Shown piece by piece: positions 39,398 through 50,254 of a stretch of DNA of 64,000 bases. Position 1 is the stretch's first letter. Each line of letters starts with the position of its first letter. The position numbers and the translations under genes are program-made. This DNA is from an uncultured Deinococcaceae bacterium. GTDB taxonomy: Bacteria; Deinococcota; Deinococci; Deinococcales; Deinococcaceae. The stretch covers positions 32,001 through 96,000 of the forward strand of contig CAXULY010000002.1 of NCBI GenBank assembly GCA_964252075.1, read 5' to 3'. The notes under the pieces were generated by a model. The model was not told the DNA's origin. It ran no database searches and was given only the letters and a program-made list of their open reading frames with translations.

Positions 39398-41659
39398 TCA
39401 GAGGCGCGTCCAGATGATGGTGGCAGATTCGACGGGGCGCGCGAAGAGGCCCGCTTGCGGGCCGCTCTCGAAGACCGCGTGGAAGTCGTCCGCCGTGAAG
39501 GCCTTGCGCAGGCGCGACGCGTAGGCGCTCAGGAGGTTCGCGGTGTAGTGCGCGACGTCGTAGTCGTGGCCGTCCGGGTCGTCGAGCGGCGCGAGGTCCG
39601 CGCCCTGGCGGCGGTACAGGCTGACGCGTTCGCCCGCCTCCCAGTTGCGGCCGCGCGCGCGCAGGGCCTCGTAGTGCGCCTCGCGGCGGGCGGCGCGGGT
39701 CGCCTCGTACTGCGCGGGCGTCTTGGTGAGCCGCACGCGCGTCGCGACCTCGTGGTTGCGCAGCGTCCGCGCCTGCAGGGCGGCCGTGGTGTCCAGGAAG
39801 GCCTGCCGCACGCCGGGCACGTCGCCGTTCAGGAGGCACGTCAGGGCGCGCTCCAGGAACGCCCGCCCGTAGGGTTCGGTGCGGCTGGACTGGAAGGACG
39901 CGCCGCGCACCGTGAGGCGCCCGTCGTGGCCGAGCAGCGCGTAGTTCTTGGTTTCGTGGCTGAGCATGGCGCGCCAGCGCCCGTCGAATTCCAGCGCGAG
40001 CCCGGCGGGCAGGGTGCGCGCGACGTCCTCCACGAGCGCGCGTTCCTGCGCCTCGGTCCAGCCGTCCGGCACGCTGAAGTACACGCCGTCCGTGTCCGCC
40101 TCGATGAGCGTCACGCCGCGCGCCGCGAGGTGCGTCACGACGCCCTCCAGCACCTCGCGTCCCGCCGCGGTGACGTCGTCGGCGGCCTGCATGTCCCCGA
40201 ACAGCGCGGTGTTGCCCGTGCCGAGGTACCCGTACGCGGCGTTCACGACGAGTTTCATGGCGCTCTGCAGGGCCTCGTGCTCGCCCGCGTCGCCGCGCCG
40301 CGCGGCGGCCTTGTGCGCGAGGCGGCGTTCCGTGAGGCGGTCCATGAGGTGCAGGAACACGTGCAGCGGGTCGGAGCGCGGCTCGATGCGCCGCGCGCGG
40401 ATCAGGCTCGGGTACATGCTCGCCACGTCCGCCTTCACGACACGCGGCAGCACCCCCTCGGCGTACAGGCGCACGGTGCCGCCCGCGTGCATGCCGCTGC
40501 TGGGCGCCTGTCGGCCGGGCAGCGCGCGGCCCGCGTGGTGGTACGCGCGCACCAGCATGGGTTCCAGCACGCCCATGGCGGGCCCCGCGTAGGGCAGGCG
40601 GTGGTAGGGGCGGGGCGCGATCTGCGCGAGCGCGAAGCTCGGGGCGAGCACCCGGCGTGCGAGGGCGTCCACCTCCTGCACGTCCTGAAGCGCGTAGGCG
40701 CGCACCCGCTCGGGGTCGTGGCGGTACGTGCGGGCGATCTGGTCGCCCTCCAGGTACACGCGGCCTTCGGGCGCGAGGCCGAACAGCCTTGAGACCGCCT
40801 TCAGGCCGGCGCTGGGCAGGTCGAGGCGCCGCACGGCGTCCAGCGTGTCCACGATCTCGCGGCCCGCGCAGGCCCAGTGGGGGCGCCGCCCGCCGTCCTG
40901 CACGGCCCACACGCCGGGCGGACCGCCGGGCCGCCCGATGTTCAGGGTGAGGCCGTGCGCGTCGGCGCGCGCGCGCAGGTACGGCAGGTCGAACCGCATG
41001 ATGTTGTGGTTCTCGATGATGTCCGGGTCGCGCTCGCGGATGAGGGCCGCGAGCGCCTCGATGAGCGGCGCTTCCTGGCTGCGGTAGCGGGCCTCCAGCA
41101 CGGTCTCGAAACCGCGGTTGTCGCGCACGCTCGCCATGAAGATGCGGCCGGTGTCGGGTGTGAGGCTGGAGGTTTCCAGGTCGAACTGCAGGCGCACGGG
41201 GTCGTCGAACCCCATGCCCTTGAAGTACGTGCGCCCGCTCGCGATGAGGTACTGGTCGGTGGGGCTGGTGTGCCAGTAGCCGCTCAGGTCGTGGAGGCTG
41301 GTGACAGGCCGCCCGGTGCGGCGCGCGGCGCCCCGCAGAATTTCCTGGCGCAGCGCGCGGCCATCCACGGCGCTGATGAGGTGGCGCAGGGTGCCGTCGT
41401 CGCCGGGCAGCTCACGCAAGCTGAAGGGGGCGTCCGGGCCGCCCAGGCGGTCCATAAGGTGCTCGATGTCGCGCAGGTCGCGCGCGTACACCCAGCGGCG
41501 GAAGGGCGCGCGCTCCAGGTGCACGCCGGCGGGCGTGCGGCGCCACACCAGCGCCGGTCCCTGCTGGTCGGCGAGGACCGACACGATGCCGGTGGTCGGG
41601 TCGTGCCCGAACAGCAGGGGGTCCGCTTCGGGGGGGGCGCTGGGCGAGGTCACGGTCAC
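39398..41659 (-). CDS. polB: Family-B DNA polymerase with 3'-5' exonuclease
   Basis: FDLET, NIMRFDLPYL, YALQD; DVASMYPS, KLVVNAAYG, DTDG; start approximate. Confidence 0.92.
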   Translation of the reverse strand: MTVTSPSAPPEADPLLFGHDPTTGIVSVLADQQGPALVWRRTPAGVHLERAPFRRWVYARDLRDIEHLMDRLGGPDAPFSLRELPGDDGTLRHLISAVDGRALRQEILRGAARRTGRPVTSLHDLSGYWHTSPTDQYLIASGRTYFKGMGFDDPVRLQFDLETSSLTPDTGRIFMASVRDNRGFETVLEARYRSQEAPLIEALAALIRERDPDIIENHNIMRFDLPYLRARADAHGLTLNIGRPGGPPGVWAVQDGGRRPHWACAGREIVDTLDAVRRLDLPSAGLKAVSRLFGLAPEGRVYLEGDQIARTYRHDPERVRAYALQDVQEVDALARRVLAPSFALAQIAPRPYHRLPYAGPAMGVLEPMLVRAYHHAGRALPGRQAPSSGMHAGGTVRLYAEGVLPRVVKADVASMYPSLIRARRIEPRSDPLHVFLHLMDRLTERRLAHKAAARRGDAGEHEALQSAMKLVVNAAYGYLGTGNTALFGDMQAADDVTAAGREVLEGVVTHLAARGVTLIEADTDGVYFSVPDGWTEAQERALVEDVARTLPAGLALEFDGRWRAMLSHETKNYALLGHDGRLTVRGASFQSSRTEPYGRAFLERALTCLLNGDVPGVRQAFLDTTAALQARTLRNHEVATRVRLTKTPAQYEATRAARREAHYEALRARGRNWEAGERVSLYRRQGADLAPLDDPDGHDYDVAHYTANLLSAYASRLRKAFTADDFHAVFESGPQAGLFARPVESATIIWTRL

Positions 41660-41731
41660 GACGATGCTACGGCGTGCGCGCCCAAGGTGGCGGGCGGGAG
41701 CGCGGGCGCTATCATGGCGTGAGATCACCCC

Positions 41732-42208
41732 ATGACTGAATTCGATGGCGCGGCGACGTCACCTCTCCCCAGCCGGTCGGCGGACGAGGTGCTGCTGGCG
41801 TTCTGGACGCTCATTCAGGTGACGAACCGGCACCTGAAGCCCGCGATCGAGGAGCGGCAGGGCCTGCCGCTGCGGCTGGGCATCACGCTGTTTTACATCC
41901 GCAAGGGCGCGGTGTACCCGGGCCTCCTGACAGAGTGGATGGAGCTCACGCCGAGCGCCGTGACGCGCATCGTGGAGGACCTCGTGCAGCGGGGGCTGGT
42001 GCAGCGGGGCCTGGACGCGGAGGATTCGCGGCGGGTGCGGCTGAGCCTCACGGAGCACGGTCACGAGACCCTGATGGGCATCCGGGATGCGGCGCTGGAC
42101 CTGTGGCAGTGGGGCCTTCAGGGCCTCAGCGAGACGGAGATCACCACCTTCCTGATGCTCATCCGGCGGGTGCAGGACAGCATGGAGCGCCGCGTCCGGC
42201 CTGCCTGA
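41732..42208 (+). CDS. MarR-family regulator
   Basis: LTPSAVTRIVEDLVQRGLVQR..DAEDSRRVRLSLTEHG. Confidence 0.92.
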   Translation: MTEFDGAATSPLPSRSADEVLLAFWTLIQVTNRHLKPAIEERQGLPLRLGITLFYIRKGAVYPGLLTEWMELTPSAVTRIVEDLVQRGLVQRGLDAEDSRRVRLSLTEHGHETLMGIRDAALDLWQWGLQGLSETEITTFLMLIRRVQDSMERRVRPA

Positions 42209-42279
42209 AGCACCCGCCATTTCATGTGGCGTTTACCCACCGAGCGGATGATGAAGGACGTGGTTTTTCATTTTTTTTG

Positions 42280-42321
42280 GCCCAATATTACCGCAGCGGT
42301 AAATTTAGCAAGTGGTACTAT
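42280..42321 (+). promoter_or_regulatory. Efflux operon promoter/operator
   Basis: TTACCGC-A-GCGGTAA palindrome and extended -10 TGG-TACTAT (42313-42321). Confidence 0.6.
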
Positions 42322-42366
42322 CCGGGTGTCGGGCGCACGACCACCGCGCCGCCCGAGGAGGCTCAA

Positions 42367-43683
42367 GTGAGGGCATGGATCACGGCCACGCTGACGCTGG
42401 CGCTGCTGAGCGGCGCCGACGCGGCGGGCTACACGGACTTTCTGCAGACCCTGCGCGCATACCCCAGCGTGACGCAGGCACAACTGGGCGTTCAGACGGC
42501 GCAGACCGCCCTGAACGCCACCGGCTTCCCCGTCGCGGTCTCCGCGCAGGGCGCGCTGGTCGGCTACCCCACGGTGAATGACCCCGCCGCGTACTGCGCC
42601 ACCGCGCCCGGCGCGGCCTTCAGCACGGTGTGCGCGCCGGTGCCCGCCACCGTCACCACCCTGAACCTCGCGGTGCGCGCCGCGTCCATCCCGGTGGGCG
42701 ACACCGCCGCGCGCCAGCAGCAGGCGCGCATCAACCTCGCGCAGGCGCAGCTCGGGGCCCGGCAGGCGCTCGTCACGGTCGAGGTGCAGGCCATCGAAGC
42801 CGCGCAGCGCGTGCAACTCGCGCAGCACAGCCTGACCCTCGCGCAGCAGGGGCTCAGCAGCGCGCAGCTGGCCGTGCAGGCCACCCAGAACCGCGTGAAC
42901 GCGGGCGGCGCCACGCAGACGGACCTGCAGCAGGCGCAGCTGGTGCTCGCGCAGGCACAAGCGGGCGTGCAGCAGGCGCAGGAGAACGCCGCGCTCGCCA
43001 GCGCGCAGCTGCGCGACCTGACCGGCAGCGACAGCGCGCCCGCGCTGCCCGCCCCGACCGTGCCGCAGCCGCGCCCCGCGCAGGCCGTCACGCAGGCGCA
43101 GTTCGCGGCGCAGAAGGCCCAGACGACCCTGGACCAGGCGCACTGGGACGCGCTCCCCACCCTGTCCGCGAACTACACGCACTACACCTCCAGCACCACC
43201 GGCGTGGGCGTCAGCGTGGACTCCCGCAGCCTCGCGCCCGCCCTCACGCTGTCCATCGCGCCGCGCACCCCGCCCCTGGACCGCGTGCGCGACCAGTACA
43301 GCCTCGGCGTGAACTTCGACCTGTCCGCGAGCACCCTCGCCGCGCAGCAGGGCGCGCAGAGCGCCGTGCAGCAGGCGCAGCTGGCGCTGCAGGCCGCGCA
43401 GCGCCAATCGGACCTCGCGCTGCAGGGCCTGGACACCACGCACGCGCAGGCCAGCCGCCAGCGCACGCTCGCGGAGCAGGCGCTCGCGCTCGCGCAGCAG
43501 CAGCAGAAGGACGCCACGACCCGCCAGGACCTCGGCCTCGCCACGCCCATCGACGTCGCGCAGGCCGCCGTGAACGCCTACCAGGCGCAACTGAACCTCG
43601 ATCAGGCGCAACTCGCCGAGACCGACGCCACCCTGAAGTACTACGCCTTCTACGCCCTCCCCATCGAAGAGGTCAACCCATGA
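42367..43683 (+). CDS. TolC-like outer-membrane efflux protein 1
   Basis: Signal peptide, Q/A coiled-coil repeats, AGGATQTDL and LGLATPIDV motifs. Confidence 0.8.
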   Translation: MRAWITATLTLALLSGADAAGYTDFLQTLRAYPSVTQAQLGVQTAQTALNATGFPVAVSAQGALVGYPTVNDPAAYCATAPGAAFSTVCAPVPATVTTLNLAVRAASIPVGDTAARQQQARINLAQAQLGARQALVTVEVQAIEAAQRVQLAQHSLTLAQQGLSSAQLAVQATQNRVNAGGATQTDLQQAQLVLAQAQAGVQQAQENAALASAQLRDLTGSDSAPALPAPTVPQPRPAQAVTQAQFAAQKAQTTLDQAHWDALPTLSANYTHYTSSTTGVGVSVDSRSLAPALTLSIAPRTPPLDRVRDQYSLGVNFDLSASTLAAQQGAQSAVQQAQLALQAAQRQSDLALQGLDTTHAQASRQRTLAEQALALAQQQQKDATTRQDLGLATPIDVAQAAVNAYQAQLNLDQAQLAETDATLKYYAFYALPIEEVNP

Positions 43684-44687
43684 AGCACCTGCCCACCCTC
43701 CTCCTGAGTCTCGCCCTCGCGGGCGCCGCCAGCGCGGCGAACGCCCCCCTGAGCTTCACCGCCGCGCTCGCCCACAGCAGCCAGCAGCCCGCCGTGATCG
43801 CCGCGCGCGCCGCGCTCGACACCGCGCAGAGCGACCTCGCGAAAGCGAAGGCGGACCCGCTGGGCACGAAGGTCACGCTCCTGAAGGCGCAGCAGGCCTA
43901 CGACCTCGCGCTCGCCACCCTCAAGACCAGCCAGGCGCAGGCGGAAAGCCAGATCGCGTCGGCGTTCACGCAGGTGGTGGAGGCGCAGGACGGTGTGAAG
44001 GTCGCGTCGGCGGGCCTGAAGCTCGCGCAGACGGGCGCGCAGGTCGCGCAGACGCAGTACGCCAAGGGCGGCGGCACGCAGATCTCCGCGCAGGTCGCGC
44101 AGAACGCCGCGCAGGCCGCGCAGCAGAGCCTGCGCGTCGCGCAGGACGGCCTCTCGCTGGCCTCCGACAACCTCCGCAGCCTGGTCGGCACGTACAGCAG
44201 CGTCAGCCCCGTGGCCGCGGCGCAGCAGAACACCCGCGTCACGGCGGGCGTCGTGGATGACGTGCTGTCCCGCAACCCCACGCTGCTGCAGGCGCGTCAG
44301 GCGGTCGTGGCCCTGCAACTCCAGGTGAACCTGCTCGACCCGCTGTCCGCGTCCGCGTCGCAGATCAACACCGCCAAGACGCAGCTGCAGCAGGCGCAGT
44401 CCGGCGCGGACAGCGCCGCGCGCGGCCTGAAGATCCAGGCGCAGGGCCTCTACAACAGCTACCTGCAGGCGAGCAAGAACCTCGACGTGAAGCGCGCCGC
44501 GCTGCAGAACGCGCAGCGCCAGCTCACCGCCGACCAGGGCCGCTACGCCAAGGGCCTCATCAGCCAGCTGGCCCTCATGCAGAGCAGCCTCAGCGCGCAG
44601 CAGGCGCAACTCGCCAGCGAGCAGGCCGAGGACGCCGTGCTGAACGCCTATTACGCGCTGCAGGCGGGCCCCGCCGGCGCGCGCTGA
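43680..44687 (+). CDS. TolC-like efflux protein 2 (short, helical)
   Basis: Signal peptide; YAKGGGTQIS and RYAKGLISQL repeats. Confidence 0.75.
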   Translation: MKHLPTLLLSLALAGAASAANAPLSFTAALAHSSQQPAVIAARAALDTAQSDLAKAKADPLGTKVTLLKAQQAYDLALATLKTSQAQAESQIASAFTQVVEAQDGVKVASAGLKLAQTGAQVAQTQYAKGGGTQISAQVAQNAAQAAQQSLRVAQDGLSLASDNLRSLVGTYSSVSPVAAAQQNTRVTAGVVDDVLSRNPTLLQARQAVVALQLQVNLLDPLSASASQINTAKTQLQQAQSGADSAARGLKIQAQGLYNSYLQASKNLDVKRAALQNAQRQLTADQGRYAKGLISQLALMQSSLSAQQAQLASEQAEDAVLNAYYALQAGPAGAR

Positions 44688-44706
44688 GCGCGCCCAGGAG
44701 GAAACG

Positions 44707-46281
44707 ATGACCGCCACCCCGCAGACCGCCCCCGGAACGCCCGCGGCCTCCACGAGCTGGATGGGGCCGCTGCTGATCCTGGTGATTGGCGCGTTCATGG
44801 CGATCCTGGACTCCAGCATCGTGAACGTCGCCATTCCCGACATGATGAACATCTTCGGCGTGGACCAGGCGGGCGTGGAGTGGGTCTCGACGGCCTACAC
44901 GCTCGCGCTGGGCGTCATCACGCCGCTGTCCGGCTGGCTCGGCGCGAAACTCGGGTTGCGCAGCATGTACATCGTGGCGCTCGTGATCTTCGTGATCGGG
45001 TCCGCGCTGTGCGCCTTCTCGTGGAGCCTCAACAGCATGATTGCCTTCCGCATCGTGCAGGCGGTCGGCGGTGGGCTCATCATGCCCGCCGTGCAGGCCA
45101 TGATGGTGCGCATGGTGCCGCGCAACCAGATGGGCGCCGCGAGCGGCATCTTCGGCATGGCGGTGCTGCTCGCGCCCGCCATCGGCCCGACGCTCGGCGG
45201 GTACCTCGTGGAGTACGTGGACTGGCGCTGGATCTTCACGATCAACGTGCCGGTCGGCATCATCGGGCTGTTCCTGGCGCTCGTGCGCGTCCCGAACTAC
45301 CCGAAGACCCCGGCGGGCCGCTTCGACTGGTGGGGCGCGATCGCCATCGCGACGGCGCTCTTCACCCTGCTGCTCGCCACCAGCGAGGGCCAGAGCTGGG
45401 GCTGGGGCTCCGAGGGCATCGTGCTGCTGTTCTACGCCTGCGCGGTCAGTTTCGCGTTCTTCATCTGGTGGGAGCTGCGCGTGCCGGAGCCGCTGCTGAA
45501 CCTGCGGCTCTTCCGGTACTCGACGTTTACCATCGCGAACATCCTGCTGATGATCATCAGCATCTCGCTGTTCGGCGTGCTGTTCTACCTGCCGGTGTAC
45601 CTGCAGACGGTGCGCGGCATGGGGGCCTTCCAGTCCGGGCTGCTGCAGCTGCCGCCCGCGCTCCTGACGGGCCTCGTGATGCCCTTCGCGGGGCGGCTGT
45701 ACGACCGCGTGGGCCCGAAGGTGCTGGTGCCGGTCGGCGTGCTGCTGGTGGCGCTCGGCGCGTACCTCTTCAAGAGCCTCACCATCGACACCGCCATCGC
45801 CAGCATCATCTTGTGGAACGCCGTGCGGTCCGTCGGGATGGGGATCGCGATGATCCCCACCCAGTCGTCGGCGGTGTCGGAGATTCCCGCGCACCAGGCG
45901 GGGCAGGCGAGCGCCATCATCAACGTCATCAACCGCCTGGGCGGCGCGTTCGGCGTGGTGATCATGGTGCAGCTCTTCGACCACTACAACCGCCTGCAGA
46001 CGACCGGCATGAACAACCTGCTGCAGCAGGGCGACCCCATCCAGCAGAACATGCTCGCCAGCATGATCGCGCAGCTGCGCGCCGAGGGCCTGGACGCCGT
46101 GCGCGCGCAGGCGGCGGCCATGCAGGTGCTGATCGGGAGAATGTCCACGACCGCCTTTACCAACACCTTCGACATCGTGATGGTCATCGTCGCGTTGGCG
46201 CTTGTGGTGTGCGCCGTGCTGGCCCTGCTGCTCCGCAAGGGCAAGGTCGCCAGCGAGCCCGGCCACGCCGTGATGGAGTGA
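44707..46281 (+). CDS. DHA2 (EmrB/QacA) MFS efflux pump
   Basis: LDSSIVNVAIP, APAIGPTLGG, WRWIFTINVPVG. Confidence 0.93.
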   Translation: MTATPQTAPGTPAASTSWMGPLLILVIGAFMAILDSSIVNVAIPDMMNIFGVDQAGVEWVSTAYTLALGVITPLSGWLGAKLGLRSMYIVALVIFVIGSALCAFSWSLNSMIAFRIVQAVGGGLIMPAVQAMMVRMVPRNQMGAASGIFGMAVLLAPAIGPTLGGYLVEYVDWRWIFTINVPVGIIGLFLALVRVPNYPKTPAGRFDWWGAIAIATALFTLLLATSEGQSWGWGSEGIVLLFYACAVSFAFFIWWELRVPEPLLNLRLFRYSTFTIANILLMIISISLFGVLFYLPVYLQTVRGMGAFQSGLLQLPPALLTGLVMPFAGRLYDRVGPKVLVPVGVLLVALGAYLFKSLTIDTAIASIILWNAVRSVGMGIAMIPTQSSAVSEIPAHQAGQASAIINVINRLGGAFGVVIMVQLFDHYNRLQTTGMNNLLQQGDPIQQNMLASMIAQLRAEGLDAVRAQAAAMQVLIGRMSTTAFTNTFDIVMVIVALALVVCAVLALLLRKGKVASEPGHAVME

Positions 46282-46285
46282 ACTT

Positions 46286-48085
46286 ATGCAGGAAGCCAGA
46301 GCAAGTCTGAAGCAGGAGAAGCCCGCCCGCGCGGGCGCCGGACGCCGCGTCATCGGCATCACGGTCGGGGTGCTGGTCGTGCTGGGGGCGGGCGCCATCG
46401 TGGGCCTGTACGCCTACAACGGCAGCCACTACGTGAGCACCGACAACGCCCGCATCGCCGCGAACACCGCGCCCGTCACGCCCGAAATTCCGGGCCGCGT
46501 GCTGAGCTGGGACGTCGCGGTGGGCAGCACCGTGCAGGCCGGGCAGATCATCGGGCAGCTGGACACCACGAGTGTCGCGCAGTCCAGCGCCGCGAACGTC
46601 GGCGCGCTCAGCCAGACGGCGCCCCTCACGGCGGCGCGCGCCCTAGTCCGCGCGCCGATCAGCGGGCAGGTCATTCAGTCCACGGCGCTGGTCGGTCAGC
46701 TCGTGAACGCCGGGCAGTCCCTGGCGGTCATCGCGGACAACAGCAGCAGTTACGTGTCCGCGAACATCAAGGAAGGCAGCATCGGGAAGGTGAAGCTCGG
46801 GCAGGAGGCGCGCGTGACGCTCGACGCGCTGCCGGGGCGCACCCTCACGGGCCGCGTGCAGCAGATTGGCGAGGCGACCGCCGGGACCTTCTCGCTGCTG
46901 CCGTCCGGCGGGTCGGACAGCGGGAACTTCACAAAGGTCGAGCAGGTCATCCCGGTGTCCATTTACCTCACGGACGCGGACCGCGCGGCGCTCATTCCGG
47001 GCAGCAGCGCGAGCGTCACGGTGGACCTGCGCGACCCGCCCGCCACCGCGACGCCCGTGAAGACCGTGCGCGCCGCCGCCACCAGCCTGCACCAGCAGCT
47101 GAGCGTGGTGGGCACCCTCACCAGCACCAGCAGCGTAAACGTCACGCCGCAGGTGCAGGGCACCGTGACCGCCATCAACGTGCAGGTGGGGGACCGCGTG
47201 AGCCGCGGGCAGGTGATCGCGCGCATCGACGACAGCAACCTGCGCGCGCAGCTCGCGCAGGCGCAGGCGGGCCTCGCGCAGGCGCGCAACGGCGTCGCGA
47301 GCGCCAGCTCGAACCTGCAGCTGGCGGCCAGCACCCTGGACCGCCTGAAGGCGGTGTACGCCCTCGGCGGGGTGTCCCGTCAGGACCTGCAGAACGCGCA
47401 GAACCAGTACGTCGCCGCACAGGCCGCCAGCCGCAACGCCAGCGGCGCGGGCGTGGAGGCCGCGCAGGCCGCCGTGCAGAACCTGCAGGTGACGCTCTCC
47501 AAGACGGTCATCCGCAGCCCCATTGACGGCGTGGTGTCCACGCGCACCATCGAGGCGGGCGAGGTCGCGAGTCCCGCCGTGCCGATCCTCACGATCGTGC
47601 AGAGCGACCCGCGCAAGATCGTCGCGACGATCCCCGCGAACCAGGCGAACCTCGTGCGTACCGGGCAGGCCATGCAGGTCCGCATTGACGCCTTCCCCGG
47701 CAAGACCTTCGCCGCGCACGTGACGGCCGTGAACCCCACGTCCGTCGCGACCGGCAACTCCTTCCCGATGGAAGCGCGCCTGGACGCCGCGAACCCCTCG
47801 CTGCGCGCTGGCATGGTCGCCACCGCGGACCTCACGGCGGACATCCCGGCGGGCCTGCCGGTGCTGCCCGCCAGCGCCCTCACCCGCATCGGCGCGCAGA
47901 ACTACGTGTACCGCGTGGTGAACGGCAAGGCCGTCCGCACGCCCGTGCAGGTCGGCATGAGCGGCAAGGACAGCGCCGGCCAGGAGGACACCACCATCAT
48001 GAGTGGCGTGCAGACGGGCGACGAGGTGGTGAACAGCCAGGTGAGCGCCCTGTGGGACGGCGCGCCCGTGCAGGCCCAGCAGTAA
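46286..48085 (+). CDS. Tandem membrane-fusion (adaptor) protein: EmrA-like plus RND/MacA-like unit
   Basis: Two lipoyl/beta-barrel sets; FSLLP..SGNFTKVEQVIPV, then VQVGDRV, IRSPIDGVV, LRAGM, SGVQTGDEVV. Confidence 0.85.
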   Translation: MQEARASLKQEKPARAGAGRRVIGITVGVLVVLGAGAIVGLYAYNGSHYVSTDNARIAANTAPVTPEIPGRVLSWDVAVGSTVQAGQIIGQLDTTSVAQSSAANVGALSQTAPLTAARALVRAPISGQVIQSTALVGQLVNAGQSLAVIADNSSSYVSANIKEGSIGKVKLGQEARVTLDALPGRTLTGRVQQIGEATAGTFSLLPSGGSDSGNFTKVEQVIPVSIYLTDADRAALIPGSSASVTVDLRDPPATATPVKTVRAAATSLHQQLSVVGTLTSTSSVNVTPQVQGTVTAINVQVGDRVSRGQVIARIDDSNLRAQLAQAQAGLAQARNGVASASSNLQLAASTLDRLKAVYALGGVSRQDLQNAQNQYVAAQAASRNASGAGVEAAQAAVQNLQVTLSKTVIRSPIDGVVSTRTIEAGEVASPAVPILTIVQSDPRKIVATIPANQANLVRTGQAMQVRIDAFPGKTFAAHVTAVNPTSVATGNSFPMEARLDAANPSLRAGMVATADLTADIPAGLPVLPASALTRIGAQNYVYRVVNGKAVRTPVQVGMSGKDSAGQEDTTIMSGVQTGDEVVNSQVSALWDGAPVQAQQ

Positions 48086-48097
48086 GGCAGCAGTGAG

Positions 48098-48129
48098 ACG
48101 GGCCGCACCCCTTTGGGGGTGCGGCCCGT
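48098..48129. terminator. Bidirectional hairpin between convergent genes
   Basis: ACGGGCCGCACCCC...GGGGTGCGGCCCGT. Confidence 0.7.
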
Positions 48130-48137
48130 TCCTGTGG

Positions 48138-49055
48138 TCAGGGCAGCTTGTTGCCCGCCGCGCGGTAAATGGCGTACCACTCCTCGCGCGTGAGCTGCAC
48201 GTCCGCCGCGCGGCAGCAGTCCCGCAGGCGCTCCACGTTTGTGGTGCCCGTGACGGGCTGCATGCGCGCCGGGTGGCGCAGCAGCCACGCGATCGCGATG
48301 GTGGTGTTCGTGACGCCGTGTGCGGCGGCCACCTCGTCAATCTGGCGGTTCAGCTCGGGGAACTTGTCGCTCCCCAGGAACACCCCCTCGAAGAACCCGA
48401 ACTGGAAGGGCGACCACGGCTGGATGGTGATGTCGTGCAGGCGGCAGTAATCCAAGACGTGGCCGTCGCGGTCCACGGCCGCGTCGTTCTCCATGTTCAC
48501 GTTGATGCCGCTGCTGATCATGGTGGCGTTCGTGATGCTGAGCTGCAGCTGGTTCGCGACGATCGGTTGCCGCACGAACCGGCGCAGCAGGTCCATCTGG
48601 TGCGGGTGCTGGTTGGACACCCCGAAGTGCCGCACCTTCCCCTCGCGCTCCAGCTGATCGAAGGCCTCCGCGACCTCCTCGGGCTCCACGAGCGCGTCCG
48701 GGCGGTGCAGCAGCAGCACGTCGAGGTACTCGGTGCGCAGGCGCTTCAGGATGCCGTCCACCGCCGTCAGGATGTGCTCACGCGAGAAGTCGAACATGCC
48801 CTGCCGGATGCCGCACTTCGACTGCAGGATGAGCTTCTCCCGGACGCTGCTGCTCATGCCGACGGCGTCCGCGAAGATCTCCTCGCACGTCCCGCCGCCG
48901 TAAATGTCGGCGTGATCGAAGAAGTTCGCGCCCTCGTCGAGCGCCGTCCCCACGAAGCGCTGCGCTTCGGCCTTGTCCAGCGCGTTGATGCGCATGCAGC
49001 CCACCGCGATCACGGGCACGTTCAGGTCACTCGTCCCCAGCTTCTGCTCTCTCAT
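48138..49055 (-). CDS. Aldo/keto reductase
   Basis: FDHADIYG, SKCGI, LLHRPD, GVSN. Confidence 0.93.
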   Translation of the reverse strand: MREQKLGTSDLNVPVIAVGCMRINALDKAEAQRFVGTALDEGANFFDHADIYGGGTCEEIFADAVGMSSSVREKLILQSKCGIRQGMFDFSREHILTAVDGILKRLRTEYLDVLLLHRPDALVEPEEVAEAFDQLEREGKVRHFGVSNQHPHQMDLLRRFVRQPIVANQLQLSITNATMISSGINVNMENDAAVDRDGHVLDYCRLHDITIQPWSPFQFGFFEGVFLGSDKFPELNRQIDEVAAAHGVTNTTIAIAWLLRHPARMQPVTGTTNVERLRDCCRAADVQLTREEWYAIYRAAGNKLP

Positions 49056-49211
49056 GGTGCGTCTCCTTCAGGTGCGAGCCCGCCCCGCGCGCCGCCGCGC
49101 TCACCGCGTCCAGCTGACCCGGGGGGATGCGCCCGCATTGGAACACAGCGCCTCACGCCGGGCAAGCCATGAAACGTGAAGGCGTGCGGCGCGGTAGGGT
49201 GGGAAGAGATC

Positions 49212-50246
<1,035 letters not shown>

Positions 50247-50254
50247 ACCGCCGT

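Noticed and set aside
39398..41659. PolB as a pipolin/casposon marker
   Set aside because: No Cas1, terminal repeats or adjacent integrase; the recombinase is about 29 kb away
42700..44650. Repetitive GCGCAG-rich DNA as a repeat array
   Set aside because: Explained by Ala/Gln coiled-coil codons; no repeat-spacer periodicity, so not CRISPR
35650..48085. One cluster: NRPS toxin, PolB as resistance gene and efflux export
   Set aside because: Separate and partly convergent transcription units with no shared motif seen; proximity alone is not enough without synteny data
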